From Octopus sinensis (taxonomy: Eukaryota), in the NCBI RefSeq assembly GCF_006345805.1, contig NC_043004.1, positions 434,001 to 498,000 of the forward strand: 64,000 nucleotides of DNA, written 5' to 3'. Shown here piece by piece: positions 49,791-63,961 of this stretch. Position 1 is the stretch's first letter. The number at the start of each line of letters is the position of its first letter. Both the position numbers and the translations under genes were made by a program. The notes beneath the pieces were generated by a model. That model ran no database searches. It saw only the letters and a program-made list of their open reading frames with translations, and was not told the DNA's origin.

Positions 49791-51455
49791 ATCAATGTGC
49801 ATATGTGTGTATACATCCCCATAGTTTAGCCGTATCACAAAAGAAACTGATAGACTCAGTCCCAGACATACATAATAAGTCCTGAGTTCAGTTTGTTTGA
49901 CCAAACCCTTTAAGATAGTATCCAAGCATGACTATAGTTCAATAGCATTGCTAGTGGGGGAGCAAGGGTAGCAAGTGCCTCCACGCCTGGCACATTTTTC
50001 AAAATTGGTGCCTTCTCAACAATTTTTGTTAGCTCTTTAGTTCATATGTGTGATAAAAGTTGAATCTCTCTCTTGTTTTTTTTATTGTTAATCACATGGT
50101 ATTGTTAGAACTTTATGGAGTCATTATTTTATCTGACCAGGCGGCAAGCTGACAGAAATGTTAGCATGCCAAGCAAAGTGCTTAGCGGTATTTCATCTAC
50201 TGTTACATCGTGAGCTCAAATTCCGTCGAGGTCGACTTTGCTTTCATCCTTTCAGGTAAATAAATTAAGTACCAGTTACACACTGGGATCGATATAAACA
50301 ACTTAATCCGTTTGTCTGCCCTTGTTTGTCCCCTCTGTGTTTAGCCCCTTGTGAGCAATAAAGAAATAAGAAACGTTAGCATGCCGGGTGAAGTGCTTAG
50401 TGGTATTTCGTCTGTTTTTATGTTCTGAGTTTAAATTCCGCCAATGTTGACTTTGCGTTTCATCTTTTTGGGGTCTATAAATTAAGTACCAGTTGTGTAC
50501 TGGGGTTGATCTAATCGACTGGCCTCCTGCCCCAAAATTCCAGGCCTTGTGCTTAGAGTAGAAAAGATTATTTTATCTGACCAACCTCCTGTGCTCTTTG
50601 AACTGTCTGCTCAATCCCATGTGATGTGTTGGTGGTCACTGACATCTGAAGAACCTAAACAAACCCCGACATCATAACTTCTCGACACTGAATGATCCTG
50701 AGGAGTTTCATCATTATCTTCATGTCATCCCTATATCAGTAAATACAACATTCATATGTAATGGCAGTGTTACTGAAACATGAAATTTATGAGTGTAGAA
50801 TGCAATTACATATATTATAACTAATGAAATATTTCATGTAATATAACAGAAATGCGGTTAAAATTGATTGGTGTCACCATTTTTTTATGTGCTCCCTCCC
50901 GCTAACTTTAGAACCTGGTTATGCCTCTGCTGCAGTCCAATAGCTAAAACAAGTAAAAGAAAAAAGATAGCTGATGACTGCAAGTAGCAGGAGCACCACA
51001 TAATTCACAGATGTTTTGTTAGCTGGTAATTCCGAGTTCAGGTCATCACATGAACATATATAATGATGGAATCAGGCACACTAGAATTGTCTGTTAAACA
51101 GTTTTTTCTCTTTTGTACAAGAAAAGTGAATGAATGAAATTATATTTACAATTCTCAAATATCAAGATATGAGGAGGTGATGAATCCCTCATGGAGAGGT
51201 AAAATTTCATCTGGATTCAAATTTCAAACCCCTTACTGATGAATCTCAGAAAGATCACATGGAAAAACAATTTAAGTCCCAAGACTAAAGCAGGAATCTA
51301 TACTATAATAAAGCAGTTACTAATTAGTTTTGAATATGTAACTTTTACTAAAAGAAGGTAATTAGTAAAGTCTTCACTAACTAGAAAGCTCTAGAACACC
51401 TGGATATCATATACAAATTACTGACACCATGTAAAAGACACTCATTTTGGGCTAC

Positions 51456-51880
51456 ATAAAAGGCGACCCACGCTGGTGTCGCGTAAAAGGCGACCACTCT
51501 AGAGTCACGTAAAAGGCGACCGCTCTAGAGTCACGTAAAAGGCAACCGCTCTAGAGTCACATAAAAGGTGACCACTCTAGGGTTGCGTAAAAGGTGACCG
51601 CTCTAGAGTCACATAAAAGGCAACCACTCTAGAGTCGCATAAAAGGTGACCTCTCTAGAGTCACATAAAAGGCGACCGCTCTAGAGTCACGTAAAAGGTG
51701 ACCGTGCTGGTGTCGCATAAAAGGTGACCATGCTGGTGTCATGTAAATGGTACCCATGCTGGTGTCACATTAAAGGTACTCATGCTAGAGTTGTGTAAAA
51801 GGCACTCACACTGGAGTCGCATAAAATGCACCCATGCTGATGTTGCATAAAAGGCACCCATGCTGGTGTTGCATAAAAGG
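51456..51880. repeat. 26-bp tandem array (gtaaaaggcgaccgctctagagtcac)n inside an S3 element
   Basis: About 16 units, continuing into the S3 tail (...aagggcatccagttgtagaaac...gatga). Confidence 0.85.
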
Positions 51881-52354
51881 CACTCAGCAAACTCTGTAAA
51901 GTGGTTGATGTTAGAAAGGGCATCCAGTTGTAGAAACGAAGCCAATCAAAGTAGAACCTGATCCAGCTCCTGAGCTTGGAAGCTCTGGTCAAACTGTCCA
52001 AGCCATGGCAGCATGATAAAACAGACATAAAATGATGAAGATGAGTATCAGCAAATTTAACTTTTGAATTTATGACACGAAATAGTGCAACAGTCATAAA
52101 ATTCCTGCTACATCATCTCTGAGTTTTCTGTGAAAAACCAATTAATAAGTAACTTCCAACCTCTTTACCCTGACAGTAAATGGGGATAAGAGAAAAAAAA
52201 TCCCACAATCATAGAAACCACTTGAGAAAAAATTAAGCTTGTCATTGGCCACATAGGATGATTCACAGAATTATATGGGATGTATTTCAAATGAAAATTG
52301 TAAAATTTATCACCAGATTGAATTGTACATGGACTGTGCAGACCAATGATAGAA

Positions 52355-52390
52355 ACCACTATAATAATAATAATAATAATAATGACAATG

Positions 52391-52439
<49 letters not shown>

Positions 52440-52660
52440 TAATATTGATAATAATAATAATAATAATGATAATAATAATGATAATAATAATGATAATAAT
52501 AATGATAATAATAATGATAATAATAATAATAATGATAATAATAATGATAATAATAATGATAATAATAATGATAATAATAATGATAATGATAATAATAATA
52601 ATGATAATAATGATGATAATGATAATAATGATGATGATTATGATGATGATAATAAAACTA
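52355..52660. repeat. (AAT)n/(GAT)n compound microsatellite
   Basis: Direct reading. Confidence 0.95.
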
Positions 52661-52869
52661 ATAATAATCCCTTCTATTATAGGCACGAGGCCTGAAACTT
52701 TGTGGGAGGAGTAGTCAATTAGATCAACCCTAGTGTGTAACTGGTACTTATTTCATCAAACCTGAAAGGATAAACGGCAAACTCGACCTCGGCGTAATTT
52801 ATATACAGAACATAGACACAGACGAAATGTCGCTAAACATTTTGCCCAGCTCATCACCTTAATAATAAT

Positions 52870-52920
<51 letters not shown>

Positions 52921-53223
52921 CACACATAAATATACATACATACACAAATACATACATATGCATATATTACACACATACATATGCATACATATACATACAT
53001 ACATATGCATATATATATATATATGTGTGTGTGTGTATATATATATATAGTACAAAGTAAGATAGGGGTTATGGGTGTAACCCACGATGGGATAGCATTT
53101 ATCCAATATACTGTTGGTACAGTACCCAGATTCTTAATACATAAATATTTTTAATTGCAATGCAATTAAGTCATTTATTGTATTAAACTGGTGATGGTAA
53201 AGAAATATTTTTACCGTAAAATT

Positions 53224-53419
53224 TATAATACAAATAAGAAAATGGAGAAACAAATTTAGTTTGTTCATCAACTTTCGGATATTATAATGTTGGATTATTT
53301 ATTCATTTTACAAAATGAATGTTCTAATTTTGTTAAATGAATAAATAATCCAACATTAAAATATCCAAAAGTTGATGAACAAACTAAATTTGTTTCTCCA
53401 TTTTCTTATTTGTATTATA
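53224..53419. mobile_element. Foldback MITE, ~90-bp near-perfect arms, TA-flanked
   Basis: tataatacaaataagaaaatggagaaacaaatttagtttgttcatcaac... is mirrored by ...gttgatgaacaaactaaatttgtttctccattttcttatttgtattata. Confidence 0.85.
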
Positions 53420-56400
53420 TATATATATATCATCATCTATATATATATATATACATATATATAATCTGCCTCTTGTGTTAATCATCCTTTAACCTTTATT
53501 CTGTATATCAGAACCAGTGATACTTCCAAGTACAGTGGTAACCACTTCACAATTGCTGGAAACAGATTGGATGACCATATCCTTTGTGGAACTCTAAACC
53601 TCCTAGTAGCAGGACATACATCCAATGCTATGTGCACGTGTGCGCGTGTGTGTGTGTGTGTGATATATTCTTTTCTTTTATTCTTCCACTTGTTTCATTC
53701 ACTTGACTGTGGTCATGCTGGAGCACCACTGCCAGGGCCTATTTTTTCAGCCTAGTACTTATTTTGAACCTCTAAGTTACGGGGATGGAAACACACCAAC
53801 ACCAGTTGTCAAGTGGGAGAAACAGGCACAAAGACACACATATATACATATATGTATATATATACACACACAGACATATACACACGCACACACTTATATA
53901 TATATACATATATACGATGGGATTCTTTCAGTTTCTGTGTACCAAATCCACTGACAAGATTTTGGTTGGCCCAAGGCTATAGTAGAAAACACTTGCTCAA
54001 TTCATTCAAATTTTACACTTAGGGTCCGGGGAGTGTCATCAGCAAAAATAATTTTTAACTTTTTGCCTAAGGCGAGCCCACAGCAATATCATATCTTCTC
54101 CACTACGATTCCCTAAAACTTGAGAACTACACAACCAATTTCATTCAAATTTTACACATGCCTTACTTAGGGTCCATGTAGTTTCATGGGCAAAAAAAAT
54201 GTTCAACTTCTTGCCTAGAGCGATATCATATCTTCTCCACTATTTCAGTATTACGTGTTGAAAGTGATACAAAAACATTTCTCTATTTTATGTCAGATAC
54301 TTTCACTTTAACAATAAAAATAATAATAACAATTGAACTATATGTAGTAAGTAATAATTAAAATCAAACTAAAGTATAATATAATCGTAACATAACAAAA
54401 GTAAAAATAGCAATTGGTATAAAATTGCATCAATGACTTGAATAAGTGGTTTCACATGAATGGGAATAAATTAAAAATAAAATTAGCGTGCAGAAATGGA
54501 ATAGTCCAGATGGATAATAAAAAATTAAATTAAAGAAAAGACTATTGTCTATAAAGTATACAATGTAGAGAAAAAAGAAGATTTGAACACATGGAGGAAA
54601 GCACCTTCAAAAAGTGTCTTGGTGCGACTATGAAAGATATCTAATCAGAGGTGGTAAATTTGCCACAATAGAAGCAAGGTTCGAGTCAATGGAACGTGCA
54701 AGGGAGTACTCGACTCGAACTTGCAAAGTGGAAATATTTTATTTTTACCTTTATATCTGGGACGTAGGACGTCCCGGAAAAAAATGCCACCCCCCCACCC
54801 GAAGTAGAGGTAGGCTGGATTGTAGCCACACTTCTATACAAGAGGGAGGACAAGATACAATTGATCGAAATTACAAGAGACGGGCTAACAATTCCATTCT
54901 GTTATATATTTTGAGTATTGTTATCACTAGTGATATCAAGATATAGCTTTGTATTTTGTATTTTATGAGTATTGTTATCACTAGTGATATCAAGATATAG
55001 CTTTGTATTTTGTATTTTATATATAGATGTACATGTAATATGTACACATATATATATATATATACATGCACTAGCTCTATGACCCAGCAACGACGGGTCT
55101 TTAATACTAGTATATATATATATATACAAAATAAAAGGTGAGCTGATAGAATCATTAGCACGCCGTGCGAAATGCTTAGCACTATTCGTCTACCACTATG
55201 TTCTGAGTTCAAATTCCGCCGAGGTCGGCTTTGGCTTTCATCCTTTCGGGGTCAATAAATTAAGTACCAGTTATGCACTGGGGTCAATATAATCGGCTTA
55301 ATCCGTTTGTCTGTTCTTGTTTGTCATCTCTGTGTTTAGCCCCTTGTGGGTAATAAAGAAATAGGTATTTCGTTTGCCGCTATGTTCTGAGTTCAAATTC
55401 CACTGAGGTCGACCTTGCCTTTTATCCTTTCAGGGTTGATTAAATAAGTACCAGTTACACACTGGGGTCGATGTAATCGACTTAATCCCTTTGTCTGTCC
55501 TCTCTGTGTTTACCCCCCTGTGGGCAATAAAGAAATATGTGTGTGTGTGTGTGTGTGTGTAATTGTCCAGTCCAATAAGTTAATTATGTGTTAGTAAAAA
55601 ATATATATCACATATAGAATACTGTAAGGCAATAAGTGAATGTAGCAGGTGAATACAGTATGACACTCAGAGTGTTTTATGAGCAGGAAGTGCAGTCAAG
55701 CATGCAGTTGGATGATGCAATAGACAGCAAACAATTAAGGTGTTATGTGATAGCAAGGGCACATTGAGTGAATGGTAGCCAAGTCATGTGTATGACAGCT
55801 GGGGAATATTCATCATCATCATCGTTTAACTTCCGCTTTCCATGCTAGCATGGATTGGACGATTTTGACTGAAGGCTGCACCAGGCTCCAATCTTGATCT
55901 GGCAGAGTTTCTACAGCTGGATGCCCTTCCTAACACCAACCACTCCGAGAGTGTAGTGGGTGCTTTATACATGCCACCGGCATGGGGGCCAGTCAGGTGG
56001 TACTGGCAGTGACCTTGCTCGAGTCTTTTTACACAGGTGCCAGTAAGGCGATGTTGGTAACGAATAGTGCCCTTTTACGTGCCACTGGCACGGAAGCCAG
56101 TTGGCTGCTCTGGCAACGATCACACTCGGATGGTACTCTTGGCACCCTACTAGCACAGGCACAAGTGCCACTAAGGCAACACTGGTAACGATCACATTCT
56201 AATGATGCCCTTTTATGTGCCACTGGCACAGAAGCCGGTTAGCCGCTCTGTCAGTGATCACATTATAGGGGATAATGGGAGACAGGTTACATTTCATACC
56301 TAAAGTTTTATGAATATTTCTCCTTTAATTTATCTTAAAATATGGCTGTGAAGTTAGGGATGTGATTCTTGTGGCCTCATACTAATTGGGTCAAACCTTG

Positions 56401-58007
56401 CTAAAGGCAACTCACTATAAGCCAGAGCATATCTTCTGAGGACCAGAACATGTCTATCTTTGTGTTTCTCTCCGACTTCCACTTAACAACTGGCGTTAGT
56501 TTGTTTGCATCTCCATAACATAGCAGTTCAGCATAAGAGACTGATAGAATAAGTATCAGGCTTAGACAAACAAGTATTGGGGTCAATTTATTCAACAAAA
56601 ATCCTTCAAAGCAATACTCCAGCATGGCCATATTCGAATGAAATGAATATGCAGAAATGTTTTCATAGCACTTCTTATTATTTACTTTGTTTTATAGCAT
56701 TATTTTCTAACAGAATTGCGAAAGAATTTAGTTTGTATTATTTAGAAGACCCTAAACACGTGATGTGGCACCTCCTAGCAAATGCGTTCTACATCTGCAT
56801 TCTCAAACTGACAAAGAATAATAATCTGCTTCTGCTCAAAATAATGGAGAAATTCCACATCAACCTTCTTTTATAATAAGAAAACAAAACAGAGCTAGCA
56901 ACCATATAATTCTTTCTTTTGCTATTGTGTTAGACAAGTTTAAAACCATTTCAATTTGTCTGCCCAACAGCCCTGCCCTAGCACTTGAACTAGCCAAGGA
57001 GGTGCAGCCATTTCTATAAGAAACCCTGCCCTTAACAGCTGCTTGAATGATTCGTATCTTCAGCCAACACCATCTTTTCTCCTCAGAGTTGCAACCTCTG
57101 GAACTCTCACTTCAACAGCAATCTACACAGATTTGAGTTGAACCTCAGCCATGTTGATCTCAACAGCCCAGGAACATATAGTTTACAAGAACTGACCATT
57201 TTACTGACCAGTTATAAGAACTGACAAGAACTTTGGTCTAATTATCTTTTATCTTTTAATTGTTTCAGTCATTAGACAGTGGCCATGCTGGGGCACCAAC
57301 CTGAAGAATTTTTAGTTGAATGAATTCATCCCATTACTTATGTTTCCAAGCCTGGTACTTATTTTATCAGTGTCTATTGCTGAACCACTAAGTTATGGGG
57401 ACGGGAACACACCGTCTCCCATGTCCTCAAGTGGTGGTGGGGTGAGGGTTATATATACATAAATATATACACACACACACGTGTATGTATATGATGGGCT
57501 TCTTTCAGTTTCCATCTACCACATCCACTCACAAAGGCTTTGGTCAGTCTGGGGCTGAAGTAGAAGACATTTAGCCAAGGTGCCATGCAGTGGGACCGAA
57601 CCCAAAACCATGTGGTTGGGAAGCAAACTTCTTACCACACAACCACACTGGGTAGAGACGGTCCATATCAGTTTGGCCTCTTTCTCTTGACTTGTTCAGT
57701 TCAGAAGCACCCCACCCCAACCTCCCCGCCAGGAACTTTTACCTTGGTAGCATAGTTCTCAAGGCCATAGAAGCACACAAGCCACCACATAACAAGTTTT
57801 CAATGGTTAAACTCACGAACTCTCTTTATTTTACAATGAACTGGAGAAACACAAGCTCTGTATGAGAGGTGAACCATTCATAAGGCATCGTTAAAACCGA
57901 AGGTGTAGAAGTTTTCCTGGTCTATGAGAAAATCGGCGTCAGTCAAACAAAATGAATTCAATTAATAATGTCCACTACTAATCAACTACAGAGCAGGTTA
58001 TCAGTAG

Positions 58008-58330
58008 CTAGAGAGAGAGGGAGAGAGAGAAAGAGAGGGGGAGAGAGGGAGAAAAAGAGAGAGGGTGAGAGAGAGAGAGAGAAGGGGAGAGAAAGAGAGA
58101 GTGAGGGAAAGAGAAAGAGAGAGAGGAGGGAGGGAGGGAGAGAGGGGGAGGGGGAGAGAGGGGGGAGAGAGGGAGAGGGAGAGAGAGAGAGAGAGGGAGA
58201 GAGAGGAGAAAGAGAGAGGGGAGAGACAGAAAGAGGGAGGGAGAGGGAGAGGGAGAGAGAAAGAGGGAGAGAAAGAGAGAGAGAGGGAGAGAAAGAAAGA
58301 GAGAGAGAGAGGGAGAGAAAGAGAGAGAGG
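58008..58330. repeat. Polypurine (GA/GGGA)n tract followed by (GT)n
   Basis: Direct reading. Confidence 0.95.
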
Positions 58331-58777
58331 TGTGTGTGTGTGTGTGTATGTGTCAAAGAAATGTCACGACTGAAATCATAAACATGTCATTTGAACAACA
58401 TTTCTGTCAAGAAGGATAGATTTTACTGTCCATGAACCAGTTTGTTTGAATAATAAAACAATGGGGAAGCATGGTTAATGTTGAGTGATGGCCATCATCA
58501 TATAGCGGTGCGCTTGTGTGGGCATTGTGCGTTTGTACATATGCACACATTTGCGTGCGTGCGTGCCTGTGCATGTGTGTGTATGTATGTGAAGAAAGTT
58601 TGTTTAGTGGAGATGATTGAGCTGCACGTGTGTCATATGGAGCAACCATTTAGATCAGTATGGGTTCAGCTTCAACTGACCAACCTCGACAATATTGAAT
58701 TGAAGCACCGAATATTGGTAGAATCTTGATTAATTCAAATTTTTTCCTGCTCATTATGTTAAGTATATTAATCATTA

Positions 58778-59190
58778 TCATTGTTCGACCGTGGTTGAGA
58801 CAATGGAATTTACTATGTTACGCCAGACTTCACGGTCCATCATAGCATTACGGAGGTCCTGTTGCTGGATGCCTGTATCCCTGGAGATTACATCAGGGTA
58901 GGAGAGTGTGCGCCCTCTGGTATCTCGAGTAGATGGCTTCCAGAGGAAAAGAGTAGAGATTACCTCGTTTTCAGCTCTACAACAATGTCCAGCAAACTGG
59001 ACTCTTCTACCTTTCACAAGAGATGATACAGGTGGTAGTTTCCCATATATTTGTACTTTGATTGGATGGGGCTTCCACGAGAAATTTTGAGCTTTCATAA
59101 GGAGGCAAGTGTACTTCACTACATAGTTTCCATGCAGATGGTACCTCTGGATAATTCTCCAGGTTATTATCTTCTGTTGTCGTTCCTCAG
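58778..59190 (-). mobile_element. Non-LTR retrotransposon (RTE-superfamily-like) ORF C-terminal fragment
   Basis: YT.LLMKAQN.SWK.HP.K.QIYGKLPPVS..VK.RRVQFAGHC.RA...LWKP....RGRTLSYPD....D.G....DL..AM.DR..WR is a typical post-RT C-terminus; 5'-truncated. Confidence 0.8.
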
Positions 59191-62100
59191 TATAGCAATT
59201 TAGCAAGCGTGGCCAGTGTCAGTACTGCCAAACTGGCCCTCGTGCTGGTGGCAGGTAAAAAGCACCCACTACACACTCAGAGTGGTTGGCATTAGGAAGT
59301 GCATCCAGCTGTAGAAACCTTGTCAGATCGGACTGAAGTCTGGTGCAACCTTCTGGCTTGTCAGCCCTCAGTCAAACTGTTCAACCCATGCCAGCATGGA
59401 AAGCGGATGTTAAATGACGATGATGATATATTATTTTATATTTGAGGATGGTCATTTCACCTATATATAAACACACTATTTACTTGATCTGCACTTTAGT
59501 TTTATTATTACATCCGCCTTCGCTAAGGTGGAGATATTGTTTACAGTTGTGTTTGTTCGTGGGCAAGATATTTCAAGAACCACTGAATGAATTCTGATGA
59601 AACTTTCAGGGATGTTTGACCTTATGACTGGCAAAATTTTATTAAATATTGGAATCGATCCAGTACCTGACAAGGATCATGGATTTTTTTCCCTGTTTTT
59701 TTTTTTACTTAACTTTTGAGAGTGGTCGGGTTCATTTTTAGTATACTTCTTTATCAGAGCAGTCGAGATTATTTCAGATATTTGCATTTTAAAAATCATC
59801 TCTGGCTAATCATTGAGAGGACGTTGGTACTGCCTTGGAGGAGGTTTGTGCTCTCTGAGTGCTCTTCTTTTCTTCTGTTGTCATTCCTTAGTATAACAAT
59901 TTAGCAATAATTATTTTATATTTGGGGACAGTCATTTCGCCAATAAATAAACACACTATTTGATCTTCACTTTAGTTTTATTATTATTATTAGTTTAAGG
60001 CAGTGAGCTGGCAGAATTATTAGCATACAGGGAAAAATGCCTAGAGGCATTGCATCCGTCTTCATATTCTGAGTTCAAATTCCACCAAGGTTGACTTTCC
60101 CGTTCATCCTTTCAGTGTTGATGAATTAAGTACCAGTTGCAAACTGGAGTTGATGTAATCAACAAGTTCCCCTCCCCCGAAATTTCAGGCCTTGTGCCTT
60201 TAGTAGAAAGGATAATTATCATTATTAGTTTATTTGTCAAAGTTCTTTTGTTACACATTCTGTGATTTCTTCAATGCCTATCTGTTCTTCTCCATGTCGC
60301 CTCTCTGGTCTTGTCCATTCCAACTTGCCTTTATTATTCTTGATATTAAGAGTAGTGGATTGGTAGAATCATAAAAGTTCAGGACAATATTCCCAGTGGT
60401 GAATGCAGGGATGTTGCCCTACTTGCCCAGACAACAACCCTTTCTAGCCAAGCTGACACCAAATATAACAATGTTGTTATTGTATTTCCAGCAGATTTTA
60501 CAGCATTACTGTTTCATATGCATATGGTCTGCTACAAGAAAGTTAGAAATAAGAACATGTCCTTTGGGGCAACACCCAAAACAAAATCCTAAACCACCCC
60601 ACCCCCGTTCCTTACTGTAATGTTTTGTTGTGCTTCAAGTCCTACCAAAGTCAGCTTTGCCTTTCATTTTCCAGGGTCGATGAAATACAGTACCAGTCAA
60701 GTACAGGCATTGATTTAGTTGACTAACTCCTCCCAGCAAAAATTTCTAGCCTTGTGCCTGTTTTTTTAATCTTGTTTCAGTCATTGGACTAGGGCCATAC
60801 TGGGGCACCACCTTGAAGGATCTTAGTTGAAAAAAAATCAAGCCAAGTATTTCAAAGTCTTTTTTTGTTGAGCTGCTAAGTTACTAGGTTGTAAACAAAC
60901 CAGCAGTGGCTGTTAAGTAGAGGGAGAGCGATCAATACAGACACACCTCTCTCTCTATATATATATATATACCATGGGCTTCCATCTCCCATGTTTACTC
61001 AGAAGGTATTGGTCAACTTGAGCTATAGTTGAAGATACTTGCCTTAAGGTGTTGTACAGTGGGCCTGAACCTGAAATCACATGGTTGCAAAGGTAGCTTT
61101 TTAACCACACAGCCATGCCTGCACCTATCTCAGAAATAGCTATGGATCTGGTATGTATGGTTGAGACCCTGCTTTGCTGGGGAGGTCTGATAAGAGTGAA
61201 ACATGTCCAAAGTTGTCACCATGCTAGGCAAAAGTCTTCTGTTCCCCCTCCACATACACTGCATGACAATTCTCTTTATCAATTGACAATAATATGTTGT
61301 CAGCTGATTTTTGAGGTTGAAATTTGGAGTTGTCAGCTCTGTCTGTCTCGATCAACTTTGAGATTTGATCCAAAAGTTACCATTCTCTTCAAAATGCATG
61401 TAAGGTCTTAATTAAAATTTTCTTCTTTGCCACACTCAGTTTTGATTAAGGCAGAATTAGACAAAAATTTCTTGCCGTATTTAGCTAGAGCTCTTTTACA
61501 TCCCGAGTTCAAATCTTGTTGAGTCCATCTTTGTCTTTCATCCTTCACGAATCAATGAAATAAGGTACCAGTCAAGTAACTGAGTCTATTCAATATTTCT
61601 ATGAAATATCCAAAATATGAATGGAATCACAAAACAAGGGCAGTGAATACCCAAGCTAAGTTTCAACCAAAACCCTGTAATCAGGAAACGCCCAGATTTG
61701 ATAACTGAGACACCATGGGGGTGTGTTAGTGTTGCAAGAATTTAGAATCAAGTTATTTGGAAAGTTTCTGCATTGTAAGGCCGTCTGGGTTGTATGGACC
61801 TTTGTGTGAATTCCATTGATTTAACAAACAACATTTGTATACTGAGGAAACGTTAAGAAATAACGATGTTAGGTTTCTGATATGTGAAGGGATTTAATAT
61901 AGAGAATAGTTCTTCATTTTTATGACCTACGCTAAAGAACTTCTGAATCATCTTGCCGTTCTTCTTTCAATGTTCACTGGCATTCCTTGGCTATCTGACA
62001 ACAAAATGATAACATTGAAACAAACTACTCCTTAGTTTGTAATATTAATACGGCTAAAACATTTTGTCATATTAAAACAATTTCATTGTAAAGAAATGAA

Positions 62101-63491
62101 AGAGTTTTTGTTAAGAAATTCCTTTAATAAAACCTTTCAATAAAACAAAAATTAAAAAAAAAAGATGTGATGACTATTTTATTTATTTTTCCCTCCTTTA
62201 CTTGTAAATACGTTAACACAGCCCACGTGTTGTAAAGATAGAGTAAAAATTCCACTGCTGATAGCGAAGAAGGGTTTATTTATTTGTTTTTTTCCCTCTT
62301 TTCTAGTAGCTACTACAGACAGAATAGTGTTTCTATAAGTTATGTCTTAAACGTGGAGAGGGAAATGTCAAAATAATTGAAAAAGCCGACCTGAAAAGTA
62401 ATAACAAAATAAATGTCAAGTTTTATTATAAGTTGTTCTTTTCCTTAATGACGGGGTTTTAATCTAATTAATAAGCACAGTATTAATGATTTTTAAAAAA
62501 TTGTTTTGAAATATTAAATAAAATTATATAATGGCAATCCACATTAAAAGTAATGATAATGCGATTAATACTCCCGCTTTCCTTTTAGCACCTAAACTAT
62601 TACCCCACACCCCCTACATCACTACCAACAAGCAACATCGAGACAATCTCTACGTGATCCAATCCGCTAGAAATAGCAGTTAAAACTCCATCAAAATGTT
62701 CTACATGCACAGAACAGAAAGGACATAGTTTACTACTCAACATGTGGTCACGATTGGACAGCTTTTTGATCATAGGCAAGCGCTGAAAGCAATGGGTTGC
62801 TACTCTGAGATACCCCGTTTCTAGGGACTCAACGGTTAATCTATGAATGCTAAGGCTCGCCGTCAGTAAGTTAATACTAAAGGACCAAGTGCATAACTTC
62901 GGTCAGGCGAGGGCCTACAATGATGTTAAAAAAGGTCCTGTTTATAAGCTGCTCAATCTTCGCTGAGCTGGGGTTAAACAAGGGCAACACAAAAAGTATC
63001 AACACTAACGCCAATTAAAATAATACTAATATAGACTATCTGAACCTTTATTGTTTAAATACTTGTAACATGATTTTGCGAATAAACGGTGAGGAATATC
63101 ATGTTACCTCTCTGGAATTTATCAAATTCTCAACTAATATTGACGTATGCATGCGTGAATTTATGTATGTACATATTACCCGCACAAATACACACACATA
63201 CATATGTATGTGTGTGTTTATGTTTGTATACATGTTTTATGGGTACGTCTGTTCTGCCAAATAAAAAAATAACCCTCGAAAAATAAACATGCGATAACTA
63301 ACTCCACAAAACTACCACAATTATTTTCGATTAGCAGAACAAAATGATATTCAAAGAATGCGAGTCACCAGATTTTGTTTAAAGTATGCAACAACACACA
63401 CATAACATGTACGTATGTATTATGTATGTATCTATGTATGTATATATGCATGTATGTATGTGTGTGTGTATGTATGTATCTATCTATGTAA

Positions 63492-63532
<41 letters not shown>

Positions 63533-63589
63533 CACACACACCTCCATACATACATATAAAATAATAAACAAAAATAAGAATGCAGTGAC

Positions 63590-63960
63590 GGCGGCGGTGT
63601 TGTTATTAATGCTGATTATGTTATAGAAACGGGCACATGTATTAAAATATTTTCTCTAATTTCGAGATGGTGTGTTTTCTGTCGACCATTCATCTTTTAG
63701 CGTGAGCCGCTAAGCCCCGCCTACTTTCGAATCAGGCGATCGCTATGATTGACGTACGCATTGAGCAGCGGCGGCTTTTGTAGTAAGTAGTAAAAACGTT
63801 GACAAGTGCGAGTCAATTTCACTCGAGCCAGGGTCAACTTCGCTTCGGGAACGGAATTTGCACGTTTCCCCTCTTACTTTACCCTGAACAACAAACACTG
63901 TAAAAAGTATTTATTTTTCTTCTTAACCATTTAAACACTACTTAAAATACCATCTCAGAG
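63590..63960. promoter_or_regulatory. CpG-enriched putative (bidirectional) promoter / 5' UTR region
   Basis: Repeat-free with a sharp rise in CpG; GC-box aagccccgccta, TGACGT (CRE-like) and gcggcggc motifs; lies between the candidate minus-strand gene and a plus-strand ATG. Confidence 0.55.
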
Positions 63961-63961
63961 A

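Noticed and set aside
51456-51880. CRISPR-like palindromic 26-bp repeats
   Set aside because: There are no spacers, and the array grades into a retroposon tail.
52165-52714. Poly-Ile and poly-Asn/Asp ORFs
   Set aside because: These are translations of an (AAT/GAT)n microsatellite.
57968-58381. Arg/Glu-rich and Ser/Leu-rich ORFs
   Set aside because: These are translations of the GA tract.
61931-61994. Minus-strand exon with good acceptor and donor
   Set aside because: All three frames contain stops. It could be UTR or carry a late ATG (MIQKFFS), but it cannot be supported as CDS.
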